A DNA stretch of 42,136 nucleotides from Candidatus Micrarchaeota archaeon CG1_02_49_24. Lineage in GTDB: Archaea; Micrarchaeota; Micrarchaeia; Anstonellales; UBA8471. The notes below the pieces were generated by a model. The model was not told where the DNA came from and made no database searches. It was given only the letters and a program-made list of their open reading frames with translations. Shown piece after piece: positions 33,655 to 42,018 of the stretch. Within the stretch, counting starts at the first letter, position 1, and every line of letters begins with the position of its first letter. Made by a program: the position numbers and the translations under genes. The stretch spans positions 1 to 42,136 of the forward strand of contig MNVF01000048.1 of the NCBI GenBank assembly GCA_001871535.1, given 5' to 3'.

Positions 33655-34638
33655 TCACAGGCCGACCCCCAATTCTCTGGACTGCAGGTAGAATATAACA
33701 ACAATGTATAGCACGTATATCAAAAGGAAACCCAGGCCGCCGCGCCTGTCCAGCTTCGGCATCACTGCAGTAACATAAAACAGAATCATGTTCGCCACTA
33801 TTGCAAACAGGAGGGCGGCAATGAATATGGGCAGGATAACCGTGACCGGGTTTAGTACGGCTGCCATGCCAAGCACGAGGGTCAGGTTTATGGCATTGCT
33901 TCCCACGGCATCGCCCAATGCAAGGCCGTACTGCTTCTTCCTGATGGCTGCCATGCCGATGGATAATTCAGGTAATGAGGTGCCGATGGCAATGATGGTT
34001 GCGCCGATGAAGCTTTCCGCGATATTGAATATCCGGGCAAGCTTGATGGCATTGTCAACCACAAAGCTCGAGCTGATGAGCACCAGGATAATGGCTGCTG
34101 TGAATATCAGGAATGCATGGAGCGCCTGGCTTCGGTTGATATCGCAGTTTGCCTTACCAATCCTGGGCTTGCGCCTGAGGGAATAAAATGCATACCATAG
34201 GAAAATTCCAAGAAGGATTATGCCCTCCACGAAGCCGAGCGCCTTTGCGCCGAGGATGGTGTTGAAGATGATGTAGGCGGAAATGACTGTGGTGAGCAGA
34301 ATGACCAGTGCAATCTCCTTCATGTAATCCCGCTCTATCTTTATACCATAAAGGAATATACCAAGCCCGAGTATCAGGAGGGTATTGGCGATGTTCGAGC
34401 CGAATACCGTGCCGGCGGCAACAGCACCCTCTCCGTGCACGGATGATATCACTGAAACCGAAAGCTCAGGCAGGGAAGTGAGGACAGCTATGAGCAGGAA
34501 GCCTATGGCCAGCTTGCTTATGCCAAAGAAGTTGGAGAGCCTGACCGCATTCTCGATCACCAGGTCGGCAGCCTTTGCCAGGACAGCAATGGAAACCAGG
34601 AGGCTCAGGAGTTCAAGCACTGCCATGGCATCTAACAT
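33655..34638 (-). CDS. CaCA-family Na+/Ca2+ exchanger (YrbG-like)
   Basis: ~10 TM segments. Two alpha-repeat motifs, GSNIANTLLILG and GDAVGSNAINLTLVLG. Confidence 0.8.
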   Translation of the reverse strand: MLDAMAVLELLSLLVSIAVLAKAADLVIENAVRLSNFFGISKLAIGFLLIAVLTSLPELSVSVISSVHGEGAVAAGTVFGSNIANTLLILGLGIFLYGIKIERDYMKEIALVILLTTVISAYIIFNTILGAKALGFVEGIILLGIFLWYAFYSLRRKPRIGKANCDINRSQALHAFLIFTAAIILVLISSSFVVDNAIKLARIFNIAESFIGATIIAIGTSLPELSIGMAAIRKKQYGLALGDAVGSNAINLTLVLGMAAVLNPVTVILPIFIAALLFAIVANMILFYVTAVMPKLDRRGGLGFLLIYVLYIVVIFYLQSRELGVGL

Positions 34639-34651
34639 TCAGGCAAATTTA

Positions 34652-36022
34652 TTAAATGTATTCAATAATTTTCTGGAGGTCGCACTGTTCGATTAGTATG
34701 TTTGCGCTCTGCCTCACGCATTCCGCCTTTGGGGAAAATGCAACGCCAATGCCGGCATGCTTCAGCATGCAGCAATCAGGCTCATTGTCGCCAACCGCCA
34801 GGCAGTCATTAAGGGTGATGCCGGCTTTCTTGGCGAGCGCCTGGATGACATTCAGTTTGCAGATTTTGTGCTCGGTGCAAAAAGACTCTATCCAGATCGA
34901 CGGGATTGTAACCTCTCCGGTCAGCACGCCGTTCATAACCCCTAGGTTATTCGCTATCGCGAAATCCAAACCCAGTTTCTCCTTCAGCCGCCCGGCAGCC
35001 AAATCGTAGCTGCCGCTTACTATCCCAATGGTGTAGCCAAGCCTTTTCAGCTCTGCGATGAGATATTTGGCTCCGCGCATGAGGGGGATTGCATCTATTA
35101 CCTCCAAAAATTCTGCGCTGCTCCTTCCCCTGAGCATTGATGCTAGCTTCATCATTCTTACACCCAGGTCATGTTCATTAGACATGATTTCCTCTGCTTG
35201 CCCCAAAAAACCGAACTTGTTAGCCAATGCCATAATGGTTCTGCCCTCAAGAAGCGTGCCGTCCATATCAAAAATCGCCAGCTTTTTAGCCGCTGCCATC
35301 GTGTTTTCCAATGCATTGAAAAGCTCCTGCTCTATTTGTTCGATTTCGGTCAGGTCAATAAGCGAGATTTTGTTCAGTTTCTGGGCGCGCTTTATTATCG
35401 CCTTTGAAACCTGGAATGACATGCCGCGCAGTTTGCGCCAGCTTTTCATCTTATGTTCTATGCGCCCGATGTGAACCTCCATGATACTTGCCCCAGCGCT
35501 TAGCATGTCCAGCAGGATGCCTACATCCACTCCGTAATCCGGCTCAAACTTAACTTTGGAGAAGAATTCCCGTTTTCCGGCGATCATGCCGCTCAGGGGC
35601 TGCTGGAAGCCAGTTGCTTCCGGGAAAAAGAGTTCAAGCAATGGCTTTGCAACGAGCTCGGTGATGCGGCCGGCTTTCCGGCCGAAGCTTGATTTGACAA
35701 AATCAGCCTCCCCGGAAAGAATCGGTTTGGCAAGCGATTCAATCACTTGGGAACTCATGTTCTTAAGATCGGCATCAAGGTAAATCAGTATGTCACCGCT
35801 TGCGGCCTGGAATCCGTCTGCCATCGATGTTCCTTTTCCGAGCATCTTGCTTTCAATGACTATGGCTCCGACCCTCTTCGCCTCTGCAACCGTCTTATCA
35901 ACCGATTTGTCGTCCACGACAATGACTTCGTGAACGTTTGGAGACGATTTCGCGGTTTCAACAATCTTTGCAATTGTCTTTTCCTCATTCAGGGCAGGGA
36001 TTATCACAGATATTTGCGCCAT
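34652..36022 (-). CDS. Glycosyltransferase family 2 domain fused to a HAD (SerB-like) phosphatase domain
   Basis: N-terminus: VIIPALNEEKTI..VIVVDDKSVDKT..YLDADL. C-terminus: LAIFDMDGTLLEG (DxDGT), IVSGS and AVGDNEPDCCMLKHAGIGVAF. Confidence 0.75.
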   Translation of the reverse strand: MAQISVIIPALNEEKTIAKIVETAKSSPNVHEVIVVDDKSVDKTVAEAKRVGAIVIESKMLGKGTSMADGFQAASGDILIYLDADLKNMSSQVIESLAKPILSGEADFVKSSFGRKAGRITELVAKPLLELFFPEATGFQQPLSGMIAGKREFFSKVKFEPDYGVDVGILLDMLSAGASIMEVHIGRIEHKMKSWRKLRGMSFQVSKAIIKRAQKLNKISLIDLTEIEQIEQELFNALENTMAAAKKLAIFDMDGTLLEGRTIMALANKFGFLGQAEEIMSNEHDLGVRMMKLASMLRGRSSAEFLEVIDAIPLMRGAKYLIAELKRLGYTIGIVSGSYDLAAGRLKEKLGLDFAIANNLGVMNGVLTGEVTIPSIWIESFCTEHKICKLNVIQALAKKAGITLNDCLAVGDNEPDCCMLKHAGIGVAFSPKAECVRQSANILIEQCDLQKIIEYI

Positions 36023-36098
36023 GCAATAGATAGCTGCATGAGCTCATAAAAAACAGCAAGTTCCACAATTGTGGAATGTTTCATGAAAAAAGTTTAAG

Positions 36099-36172
36099 CG
36101 CCCCCGCCGGGATTTGAACCCAGATATCAAGCTCCGCAAGCTCGCGTTCTGTCCAGGTTAGACTACGGGGGC
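36099..36172 (-). tRNA. tRNA-Arg (anticodon GCG)
   Basis: Acceptor GCCCCCG/CGGGGGC. Anticodon arm CGAGC-TTGCGGA-GCTTG. T arm CTGGG-TTCAAAT-CCCGG. Discriminator G. No encoded CCA. The D arm was parsed by eye only. Confidence 0.85.
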
Positions 36173-36196
36173 AGCATTCAAATTATAGTTGTGAAG

Positions 36197-36204
36197 ATTT
36201 ATAA
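36197..36204 (-). promoter_or_regulatory. TATA box (TTATAAAT on minus strand) ~25-32 nt upstream of the tRNA 5' end
   Basis: Canonical archaeal TATA sequence and spacing. Confidence 0.45.
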
Positions 36205-36347
36205 GAAAGGTTGAAGGGGCGCAAGAGGAAGAACTATGTCTGTACGAGGGCGACAGCCGCTTGCGTAAATTTACGAAGTAAGCAGGTTTGAAAGGGCTGC
36301 AAGCCATTTCGGAGGGGTTATAGGGGAACCGCAAAGCAGGTTCCCCA

Positions 36348-36372
36348 TCTGTCCAGGTTAGACTACGGGGGC
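36348..36372 (-). repeat. 25-nt duplicate of the tRNA-Arg 5' end (acceptor + D arm)
   Basis: GCCCCCGTAGTCTAACCTGGACAGA is identical to 36148-36172. It is followed by a GGGGAACC-TGCTTTGC-GGTTCCCC hairpin, and no matching 3' acceptor strand is present. Confidence 0.85.
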
Positions 36373-36478
36373 ATCTCTGTGTTAATCAGATATAGATTTA
36401 AATATTCAGTCAATATAAACTTATACATTAAACGTATAGACAGCTTGCTGTTTAATTTATGTTTTTGAGGTGTTTAGC

Positions 36479-36628
36479 TTGAAATGCATATCATGCGGAA
36501 GAAATACTACGAATTATACGGTTTTTCCATGCCCTGGCTGCGGAAAAGAGAAGATTGCCAGGTGCAGGGACTGCAGACGGGATGTAACGGCCTATAAGTG
36601 CCTGGCCTGCGGCCAGGATGGGCCGTGA
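36479..36628 (+). CDS. Four-CxxC Zn-ribbon protein (COG2888 type, usual neighbour of aEF-1beta); not in track
   Basis: (TTG)KCISCGRNTTNYTVFPCPGCGKEKIARCRDCRRDVTAYKCLACGQDGP*. gaggtg lies 7 nt upstream of TTG 36479. The antisense track ORF 36491-36895 is rejected. Confidence 0.65.
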   Translation: MKCISCGRNTTNYTVFPCPGCGKEKIARCRDCRRDVTAYKCLACGQDGP

Positions 36629-36671
36629 TAGGGTATAAAGTTTAAGGTTTACTATTTGAGTTGTGATTTTG

Positions 36672-36920
36672 ATGGCAGATGTTGCGATAACGTTCAAGGT
36701 GCTCCCGCAGGGGATTGAGGAATTTGAAAGCGTGAAAAGTGAAATAGCCAAGATGAACCCCCATTCAATAGGCGAGGAGCCGATTGCCTTTGGGTTTAAG
36801 GCAGTGAGAGTAACCTTTGTCATGGGAGACGAGGGCGGGGTTGACGAGCTCGAGCAGAAATTGGGTGCGATAACCGGAGTTAGCTCGGTTGACACGGTTT
36901 CGGTTGGCAGGATAAATTAG
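36672..36920 (+). CDS. ef1b: Translation elongation factor aEF-1 beta
   Basis: MADVAITFKVLPQGIEEFESVKSEI..EEPIAFGFKAVRVTFVM.DEGG..ELE..L..I.GV.SV has the typical aEF-1beta length and pattern. Confidence 0.85.
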   Translation: MADVAITFKVLPQGIEEFESVKSEIAKMNPHSIGEEPIAFGFKAVRVTFVMGDEGGVDELEQKLGAITGVSSVDTVSVGRIN

Positions 36921-36926
36921 GTAGAT

Positions 36927-37018
36927 TGAATTTCGCCTGATGGCTTTTCGCCAGTTGGCAAAAATCTCGGCGGCTGTTGCCGCCGATCGCCTGATGGCAA
37001 AAGCGAAAGCTTACGAAA
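36927..37018 (+). repeat. Partial member of the structured repeat family (central module)
   Basis: ttttcgcc-agtt-ggcaaaaa + tctc + ggcggc-tgtt-gccgcc (36945-36984) mirrors copy 1 ttttcgc..gcgaaaa + tctc + aaggac-tgtt-gtcctt. cgcctgatggc occurs twice (36934, 36988). Confidence 0.5.
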
Positions 37019-37020
37019 CC

Positions 37021-37028
37021 TTTATATC
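37021..37028 (+). promoter_or_regulatory. TATA-like box (tttatatc) ~27 nt upstream of ATG 37051
   Basis: Sequence and spacing only. Confidence 0.35.
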
Positions 37029-37050
37029 TTTTTTTAGTTCATATCCCACC

Positions 37051-37200
37051 ATGGCAGACGAACCGCAGCCGGAAAAAAAATCAAATATCATGACCATAGC
37101 CTTAATTCTCCTCGTGCTTCTTATTGCAGCAGGCATAGGATGCGCGATTGTAGCGGTCATCCTGATTGCACTATTTGGCATGGGCAGAGCCAGTGCGTAA
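37051..37200 (+). CDS. Small single-pass membrane protein (49 aa)
   Basis: MADEPQPEKKSNIMTIALILLVLLIAAGIGCAIVAVILIALFG. The upstream part of track ORF 36940-37200 is repeat sequence. Confidence 0.4.
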   Translation: MADEPQPEKKSNIMTIALILLVLLIAAGIGCAIVAVILIALFGMGRASA

Positions 37201-37216
37201 ATGTTTTGGTGAAAAT

Positions 37217-37975
37217 ATGGTCGAATTAACTATTTTAGGCACTGGCGCATGGATAGCCGATGCAAAAAAGAAAAGATTTGGCCCGAGCGTTCTTCTTAAA
37301 AATGAGGGGAAAAACATACTTATTGATGCACCTGGCGGCATAAACTACCAACTCGCGCATGCTGGCTTGGTGGCAAATGACATTGACTATATTTTCCTTA
37401 CCCACCACCATCCTGACCATACCTCCGGGCTGATACAGCTTATCGGCGAAATGTATATCACGAGGAGGAGCGCCAAATCGCAGCTTACAATCGTTTCGCC
37501 CGAGCCTCAAAAGCTTGTGAGGCGCATCCTCAAGCCCTACAAATCCACATTCGACTCGATTGAGAAACTTAGTCAGTTCAAAATCAATTTCAAAAAGATA
37601 AAAAACGGCGCGCAAATAACCGGCATCGGCTTGAAAGAAACAGGAATTACCCCATGCAAATTAAATCATTCAAAAACAAACGAGGATTACGGCTACAGAT
37701 TTGAGTGCGAAGGAAAGAAGATTGCAATCACCGGAGACACTGCCTATTGCGAGGAGTTGGTTACGCTCCTGAGCGGCACGGATGTGGCAATCTGCGAATG
37801 CTCCCATGTGCAGAAGCTGCCAGGCCATCTCACTGCCTATGAGGCAAAGACAATGAGCCTGTTCACGAAAAAGCTAATTCCCTATCATATCTATCCGGGA
37901 TGGGATGTGAAAAAAGAGTTTAAAGGATTTGGGAACATCCATGTGGCGAAGGATTTGGAGCGGATTAAATTTTGA
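37217..37975 (+). CDS. MBL-fold metallo-hydrolase (RNase Z/ElaC-like)
   Basis: MVELTILGTGA.., LTHHHPDHTSGL (HxHxDH), ITGDTAY and CECSH. Confidence 0.7.
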   Translation: MVELTILGTGAWIADAKKKRFGPSVLLKNEGKNILIDAPGGINYQLAHAGLVANDIDYIFLTHHHPDHTSGLIQLIGEMYITRRSAKSQLTIVSPEPQKLVRRILKPYKSTFDSIEKLSQFKINFKKIKNGAQITGIGLKETGITPCKLNHSKTNEDYGYRFECEGKKIAITGDTAYCEELVTLLSGTDVAICECSHVQKLPGHLTAYEAKTMSLFTKKLIPYHIYPGWDVKKEFKGFGNIHVAKDLERIKF

Positions 37976-38206
37976 TTAAATATTATTGCATAGCTCGATA
38001 AACTCTGCCCTTGATAGTTCACTGTCTCTTAGAATTTTATGCAGGACGCCTATGCTTACTGGTCGTTTTTTGTGTATTGGAACCGTAATAAGAATCCCAT
38101 TAGCATTTTTCAGTTGTATATGGCTTCCTCTTTGTCTGACAGATACAAATCCCTTAAATGAGAGAATTTTCAATAATTTCTGCCCGGATATAAGCGGCAA
38201 TTTCAT
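37976..38206 (-). CDS. hicA: HicA mRNA-interferase toxin
   Basis: SGQKLLKILSFKGFVSVRQRGSHIQL is a YcfA/HicA motif. 4-nt overlap with hicB. Confidence 0.85.
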   Translation of the reverse strand: MKLPLISGQKLLKILSFKGFVSVRQRGSHIQLKNANGILITVPIHKKRPVSIGVLHKILRDSELSRAEFIELCNNI

Positions 38207-38415
38207 CGGGAAACCTCAATTTTCTGAATCCCGACCAATTCATATTTGGGGATATCTTTCTGCTCTTCAAGGCACATCTCTATGACTTCGCGTATGTTTT
38301 TCATTGCCTCATCTAATGTACCGCCCTGGGTATAACATCCCCTAAGGCTTGGAACTTCCACGATATAGATTCCATTCTCATCCTTCTCTATGATTGCGGT
38401 GAAAACCTGTTTCAT
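38203..38415 (-). CDS. hicB: HicB-family antitoxin (UPF0150 fold, no DNA-binding extension)
   Basis: FTAIIEKDENGIYIVEVPSLRGCYTQGGTLDEAMKNIREVIEMCLEE. Confidence 0.85.
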   Translation of the reverse strand: MKQVFTAIIEKDENGIYIVEVPSLRGCYTQGGTLDEAMKNIREVIEMCLEEQKDIPKYELVGIQKIEVSR

Positions 38416-38504
38416 GATCCTCTTTCTGCAGATTCAAGTTTATAATCCTGTCTAAGGTTTCAAGAACATCCATCTGGCACAAGATTTGGAGAGCATTACT
38501 AAGG

Positions 38505-39491
38505 TTAGCTGATGGGAAGCCCAGCTATCGACAATTCCACTGCGGACAGGTGAAACCCTCCGGTATATATGAGAATATCTCCGCCCTTAAGTATTGCATT
38601 TGCAAGCAATTCCGAAACCTGGACTTTTAGTGGTTCATGGGCTGCGTAAACCTCTAATGTATTAAAGTGATTACTAAGTGTAGAGTAGGCCATTTGAGTT
38701 TGAGGTTGGCATGCTAACTTGACTGCGTTAACTGCCATTGAGTAGTTAAATACTTGTAATCCTTTCGTGAAAAAGTGTGGTTTAAATTCTTGGAATATGC
38801 GGTTTATGTCAATGGCGACAGGGCCTGCAGAGGCCGCAGAAGCGACCCAATAAACTAGCTCGGAAACAGCCATGAGTTCCATGATTTCTTCTTTAGATAT
38901 GTTAGCTTTCTGACTAACAGCATTGACAACCAGATTGGTTGCGTCGGTTCTAGCCTTCTCTCCAAGAATTTCAGCGTATTCAAAATCGTATCTGCCTCCG
39001 ATGGCATCAAAAGCTACGCAATCATCACAACCTTCCTGAAAACACTGGCGCGCAATGCTGGATATTTCCGCTTTGGCATTGCCATCGAGTGATTTGCTGT
39101 CCGCTGCGGTTTTCATCAACTTTAGGATGGCGCTGTGTATCAGAGCAGTTTTCTTAAACGTCACATCCCTAGCTGGGCCGCCTTTCCTTTCTTGTTTAAC
39201 CTTTTTTGTTCGCTCCCAGTCTTCCACTAGCACAGTTGTCCTATCTTTTTTGGTTGTAAGCGACAACGCAACCCCATTGAGAACTGCTGTAATTGACTTT
39301 AAAGAGTTATGCGTAACTGGGGCGATAACGTAGATATTAATGGGCCCTACGCTATGAACGTTCAGCCAGTCATCCTTTGGCTTGCCAAAATTTGAGCCAA
39401 CCATGGGAGATTGCAACTGAAACTGCCTGATTAAGCTGACTAATGGCTGTTGAAGTTTTGTAATAGACTGGGATAGAGGCCGGGATAGCAT
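38505..39491 (-). CDS. Hypothetical protein (328 aa)
   Basis: Intact ORF, divergent from the rad50-like gene. No motif recognised. Confidence 0.45.
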   Translation of the reverse strand: MLSRPLSQSITKLQQPLVSLIRQFQLQSPMVGSNFGKPKDDWLNVHSVGPINIYVIAPVTHNSLKSITAVLNGVALSLTTKKDRTTVLVEDWERTKKVKQERKGGPARDVTFKKTALIHSAILKLMKTAADSKSLDGNAKAEISSIARQCFQEGCDDCVAFDAIGGRYDFEYAEILGEKARTDATNLVVNAVSQKANISKEEIMELMAVSELVYWVASAASAGPVAIDINRIFQEFKPHFFTKGLQVFNYSMAVNAVKLACQPQTQMAYSTLSNHFNTLEVYAAHEPLKVQVSELLANAILKGGDILIYTGGFHLSAVELSIAGLPIS

Positions 39492-39660
39492 GAATGGCTG
39501 CAGGGATACTCACCTTTTTTGATAACACTATATCTTGTTGTAATTAATTATAAAACTATGTCACGATATCGTCTTATTTCGTATCTAAATATTTAAATAT
39601 GTGTCGTTTCCCTGATGAAAATGTAAGGGATATATTGGATATATAATTCATGCGTGAGTA

Positions 39661-41979
39661 ATGCTTTCCATGATTACCTCTTTACGCTTAATCAATTGGA
39701 AATCCCACCATGATTCCTCGTTCAAATTCACGAAAGGAATTAACCTGCTGGTGGGCATCATGGGCTCAGGGAAGAGCAGCGTGCTGGATGCTATTTGTTT
39801 CGCGCTGTTCGGCACGTTTCCAGCCCTTGAAAGGGGAAAGGTGAAGATTGCCGACCTGGTTAATTTCAGGAATAGGGATGCCGGATCAGTGATTGAGCTG
39901 GAGCTGGAGATTGGGGCAGATAAATATGGCATCAAGAGAGTGATTAAGGGAATCGGGGACACCAAGAAAAGCGATGCATTTTTCTACAAAAACGGAAGTC
40001 TGGTGGACAAGGGCGTGGCAGGAGTCAATGCGCTTGTGGAGAAGCATTTTGGCATTGATTATGATTTGTACACGCGGGCGATTTACTCGGCGCAAAACGA
40101 GATTGATTATTTCCTCAACCTGCCCCCCAGGAAAAGAAAGGAGGAGATTGACAGGCTGCTGGGGCTTGACAGGTTTGAATTGGCGCGCGGCAACCTGGTG
40201 GCCGTAACGAATAGGGTAAAATATATACTCACAACCATGCAGGAAGAGAGCGGGCTGAGGAAGCCTGAGGAATTGAAAGCGTCAATAGCCGGGCACGAGG
40301 CGAAACACGGCAAAATCTCAGGCGAGCTGGCCAGGCTCAGGCAGGAATCCGATGGACTGTCAAAGAGGGCAGGCGGGCTGAAATTGCAATACGACTCGCT
40401 CGCACAAAACAAAAAGCAATATGAGCAGATGTCCCAGCAGCAATCCAGGGCAACGATGATTGTGGAAAGGCTGGAGAGCGAGCTTAGGGATGCCGACACA
40501 GGCAAATTGGCAAAAGATTATGAAGAGCAAACGAATATCGTTGAAAGTTACAGGGTGCGGCTGGCGGATATACGTGCCAGCCTGAAAACCAGCCAGCAGG
40601 AGATGGGCAGGTATGAAAAGGAGGCAGGCGGGCTGGAGCGCGAGCTCAGCCAGATGGATGGAAAACGGGCGGAGGTTGAATTACTGCAGAGAAGCGTAAA
40701 AATAATCCTGGGCGATGCCGATTCAAAGCAATTTCTTGCGCTCCTCGAGCAGGAGACGAACAAGATGATTGGGCTGAAAAACCAGTTGGCAGCGGAAAAT
40801 GCGCGGGCAGGGGAGCTGAGAAAGCTCGAGGGGCTGCCTGATGCCGCGGGAACCTGCCCGGTGTGCAAGAAACCTTTGAGCGGCCATGAGGCATTGGTGC
40901 TCAAGAAAGAGCGGGAATTTGCAATCCAGACTATTGTTGAGGGCATAAAATCAATGGAACATGAGCTGATGGTGCTTACCACCAGCTATAAGATAAAGAA
41001 GGACTGCTATGAGCGGGCACGCTCATCTGCCGTGGGGATTGAAAGGTTGCAAACTGAATTGCTGGCTGAGCAGGGAGTCAAGGCAACGCTCGAGAGCCTG
41101 AAGGGCAGGCTGGAGATGGCACGGAACAGCCGCGAACTCCTGGAAAAGGAGGCGGCCGATTTGGATTCCCATCTGCAGAAGAATGCCCTCAGGCTCGGGC
41201 AGTTTTCACAGGTGAAGGCAAAATTCGACGAGCTGGATGCCAGCAAACAGGCGCTCCTTGAGGCAGGCAAGGCGCTGGCAGCCATTGATTATTCTGAAAA
41301 GGAGTTTGAATCGGTTGCCAAGGAGCTTGGGGAGGCGAAATTATCCCAGAAGGAAATCGAGGGGAAGCTGGCAATGGCCGCAAGGGAGGCGCAGTTTGTC
41401 TCTGAGAGATTAGTGGAGCTTAGGGCTGAGATGGCACGCAGAGAGGACAAGGGCAGGAAAATCGAGGCCTATGTGAATGCTGGGGTGGAGCTCAACAGGT
41501 TCAAGGAAGCGCTTGGCAAGACACAAATGACAGTCAGGGGCGATTTGATTGGCGCATTTAACGAGATTGTGAACGAGCTGTGGCCGTTTATTTACCCCTA
41601 CAGGGATTACACCCAAATCCGGCTGAATGTGACTGACATTGGCTATACATTCGAGGCGTTCAACGGCGAATGGAAATCATTCGAGGTGGTTGCCAGCGGC
41701 GGAGAAAAAGCCTGCCTGGCAATGGTGATGAGGGTGGCGTTTGCCATTGTGCTGGCGCCTGCTGCGGGCTGGCTAATCCTGGATGAGCCGACACACAATC
41801 TCGACAAGGAGGCAATTTTCATGTTCTCGGAAGCGCTTCAAAATAAAATACCCGGGATTGTGAACCAGACGTTTGTGATTACCCATGAAACATCGCTCCT
41901 GAATCTCACGGTGAACAAATACAGATTGGCAAGGGAGAAGGAATTGAATGAAGATACGGCTGTGGAAGTTGTTGCTTAG
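39661..41979 (+). CDS. rad50: Rad50/SbcC-like SMC-family ATPase
   Basis: Walker A GIMGSGKSSVLDAI, long coiled coil with Zn-hook CPVC (GTCPVCKKPL), signature SGGEKACLAM and Walker B LILDEPTHNLD. Confidence 0.85.
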   Translation: MLSMITSLRLINWKSHHDSSFKFTKGINLLVGIMGSGKSSVLDAICFALFGTFPALERGKVKIADLVNFRNRDAGSVIELELEIGADKYGIKRVIKGIGDTKKSDAFFYKNGSLVDKGVAGVNALVEKHFGIDYDLYTRAIYSAQNEIDYFLNLPPRKRKEEIDRLLGLDRFELARGNLVAVTNRVKYILTTMQEESGLRKPEELKASIAGHEAKHGKISGELARLRQESDGLSKRAGGLKLQYDSLAQNKKQYEQMSQQQSRATMIVERLESELRDADTGKLAKDYEEQTNIVESYRVRLADIRASLKTSQQEMGRYEKEAGGLERELSQMDGKRAEVELLQRSVKIILGDADSKQFLALLEQETNKMIGLKNQLAAENARAGELRKLEGLPDAAGTCPVCKKPLSGHEALVLKKEREFAIQTIVEGIKSMEHELMVLTTSYKIKKDCYERARSSAVGIERLQTELLAEQGVKATLESLKGRLEMARNSRELLEKEAADLDSHLQKNALRLGQFSQVKAKFDELDASKQALLEAGKALAAIDYSEKEFESVAKELGEAKLSQKEIEGKLAMAAREAQFVSERLVELRAEMARREDKGRKIEAYVNAGVELNRFKEALGKTQMTVRGDLIGAFNEIVNELWPFIYPYRDYTQIRLNVTDIGYTFEAFNGEWKSFEVVASGGEKACLAMVMRVAFAIVLAPAAGWLILDEPTHNLDKEAIFMFSEALQNKIPGIVNQTFVITHETSLLNLTVNKYRLAREKELNEDTAVEVVA

Positions 41980-42018
41980 TTCATGGAAAATTACTCAGCC
42001 AGGGTATAAACATTAAAA

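Noticed and set aside
36173-36372. Second complete tRNA (intron-containing or split) starting at 36372
   Set aside because: No complementary 3' acceptor strand (CGGGGGC) follows. The sequence after the D arm forms an 8-bp/8-nt-loop hairpin that does not fit an anticodon arm or a bulge-helix-bulge intron by eye. It is kept only as a 5'-end duplicate.
36491-36895. 134-aa minus-strand ORF
   Set aside because: It is antisense to both the four-CxxC Zn-ribbon ORF and aEF-1beta, which are recognisable conserved genes.
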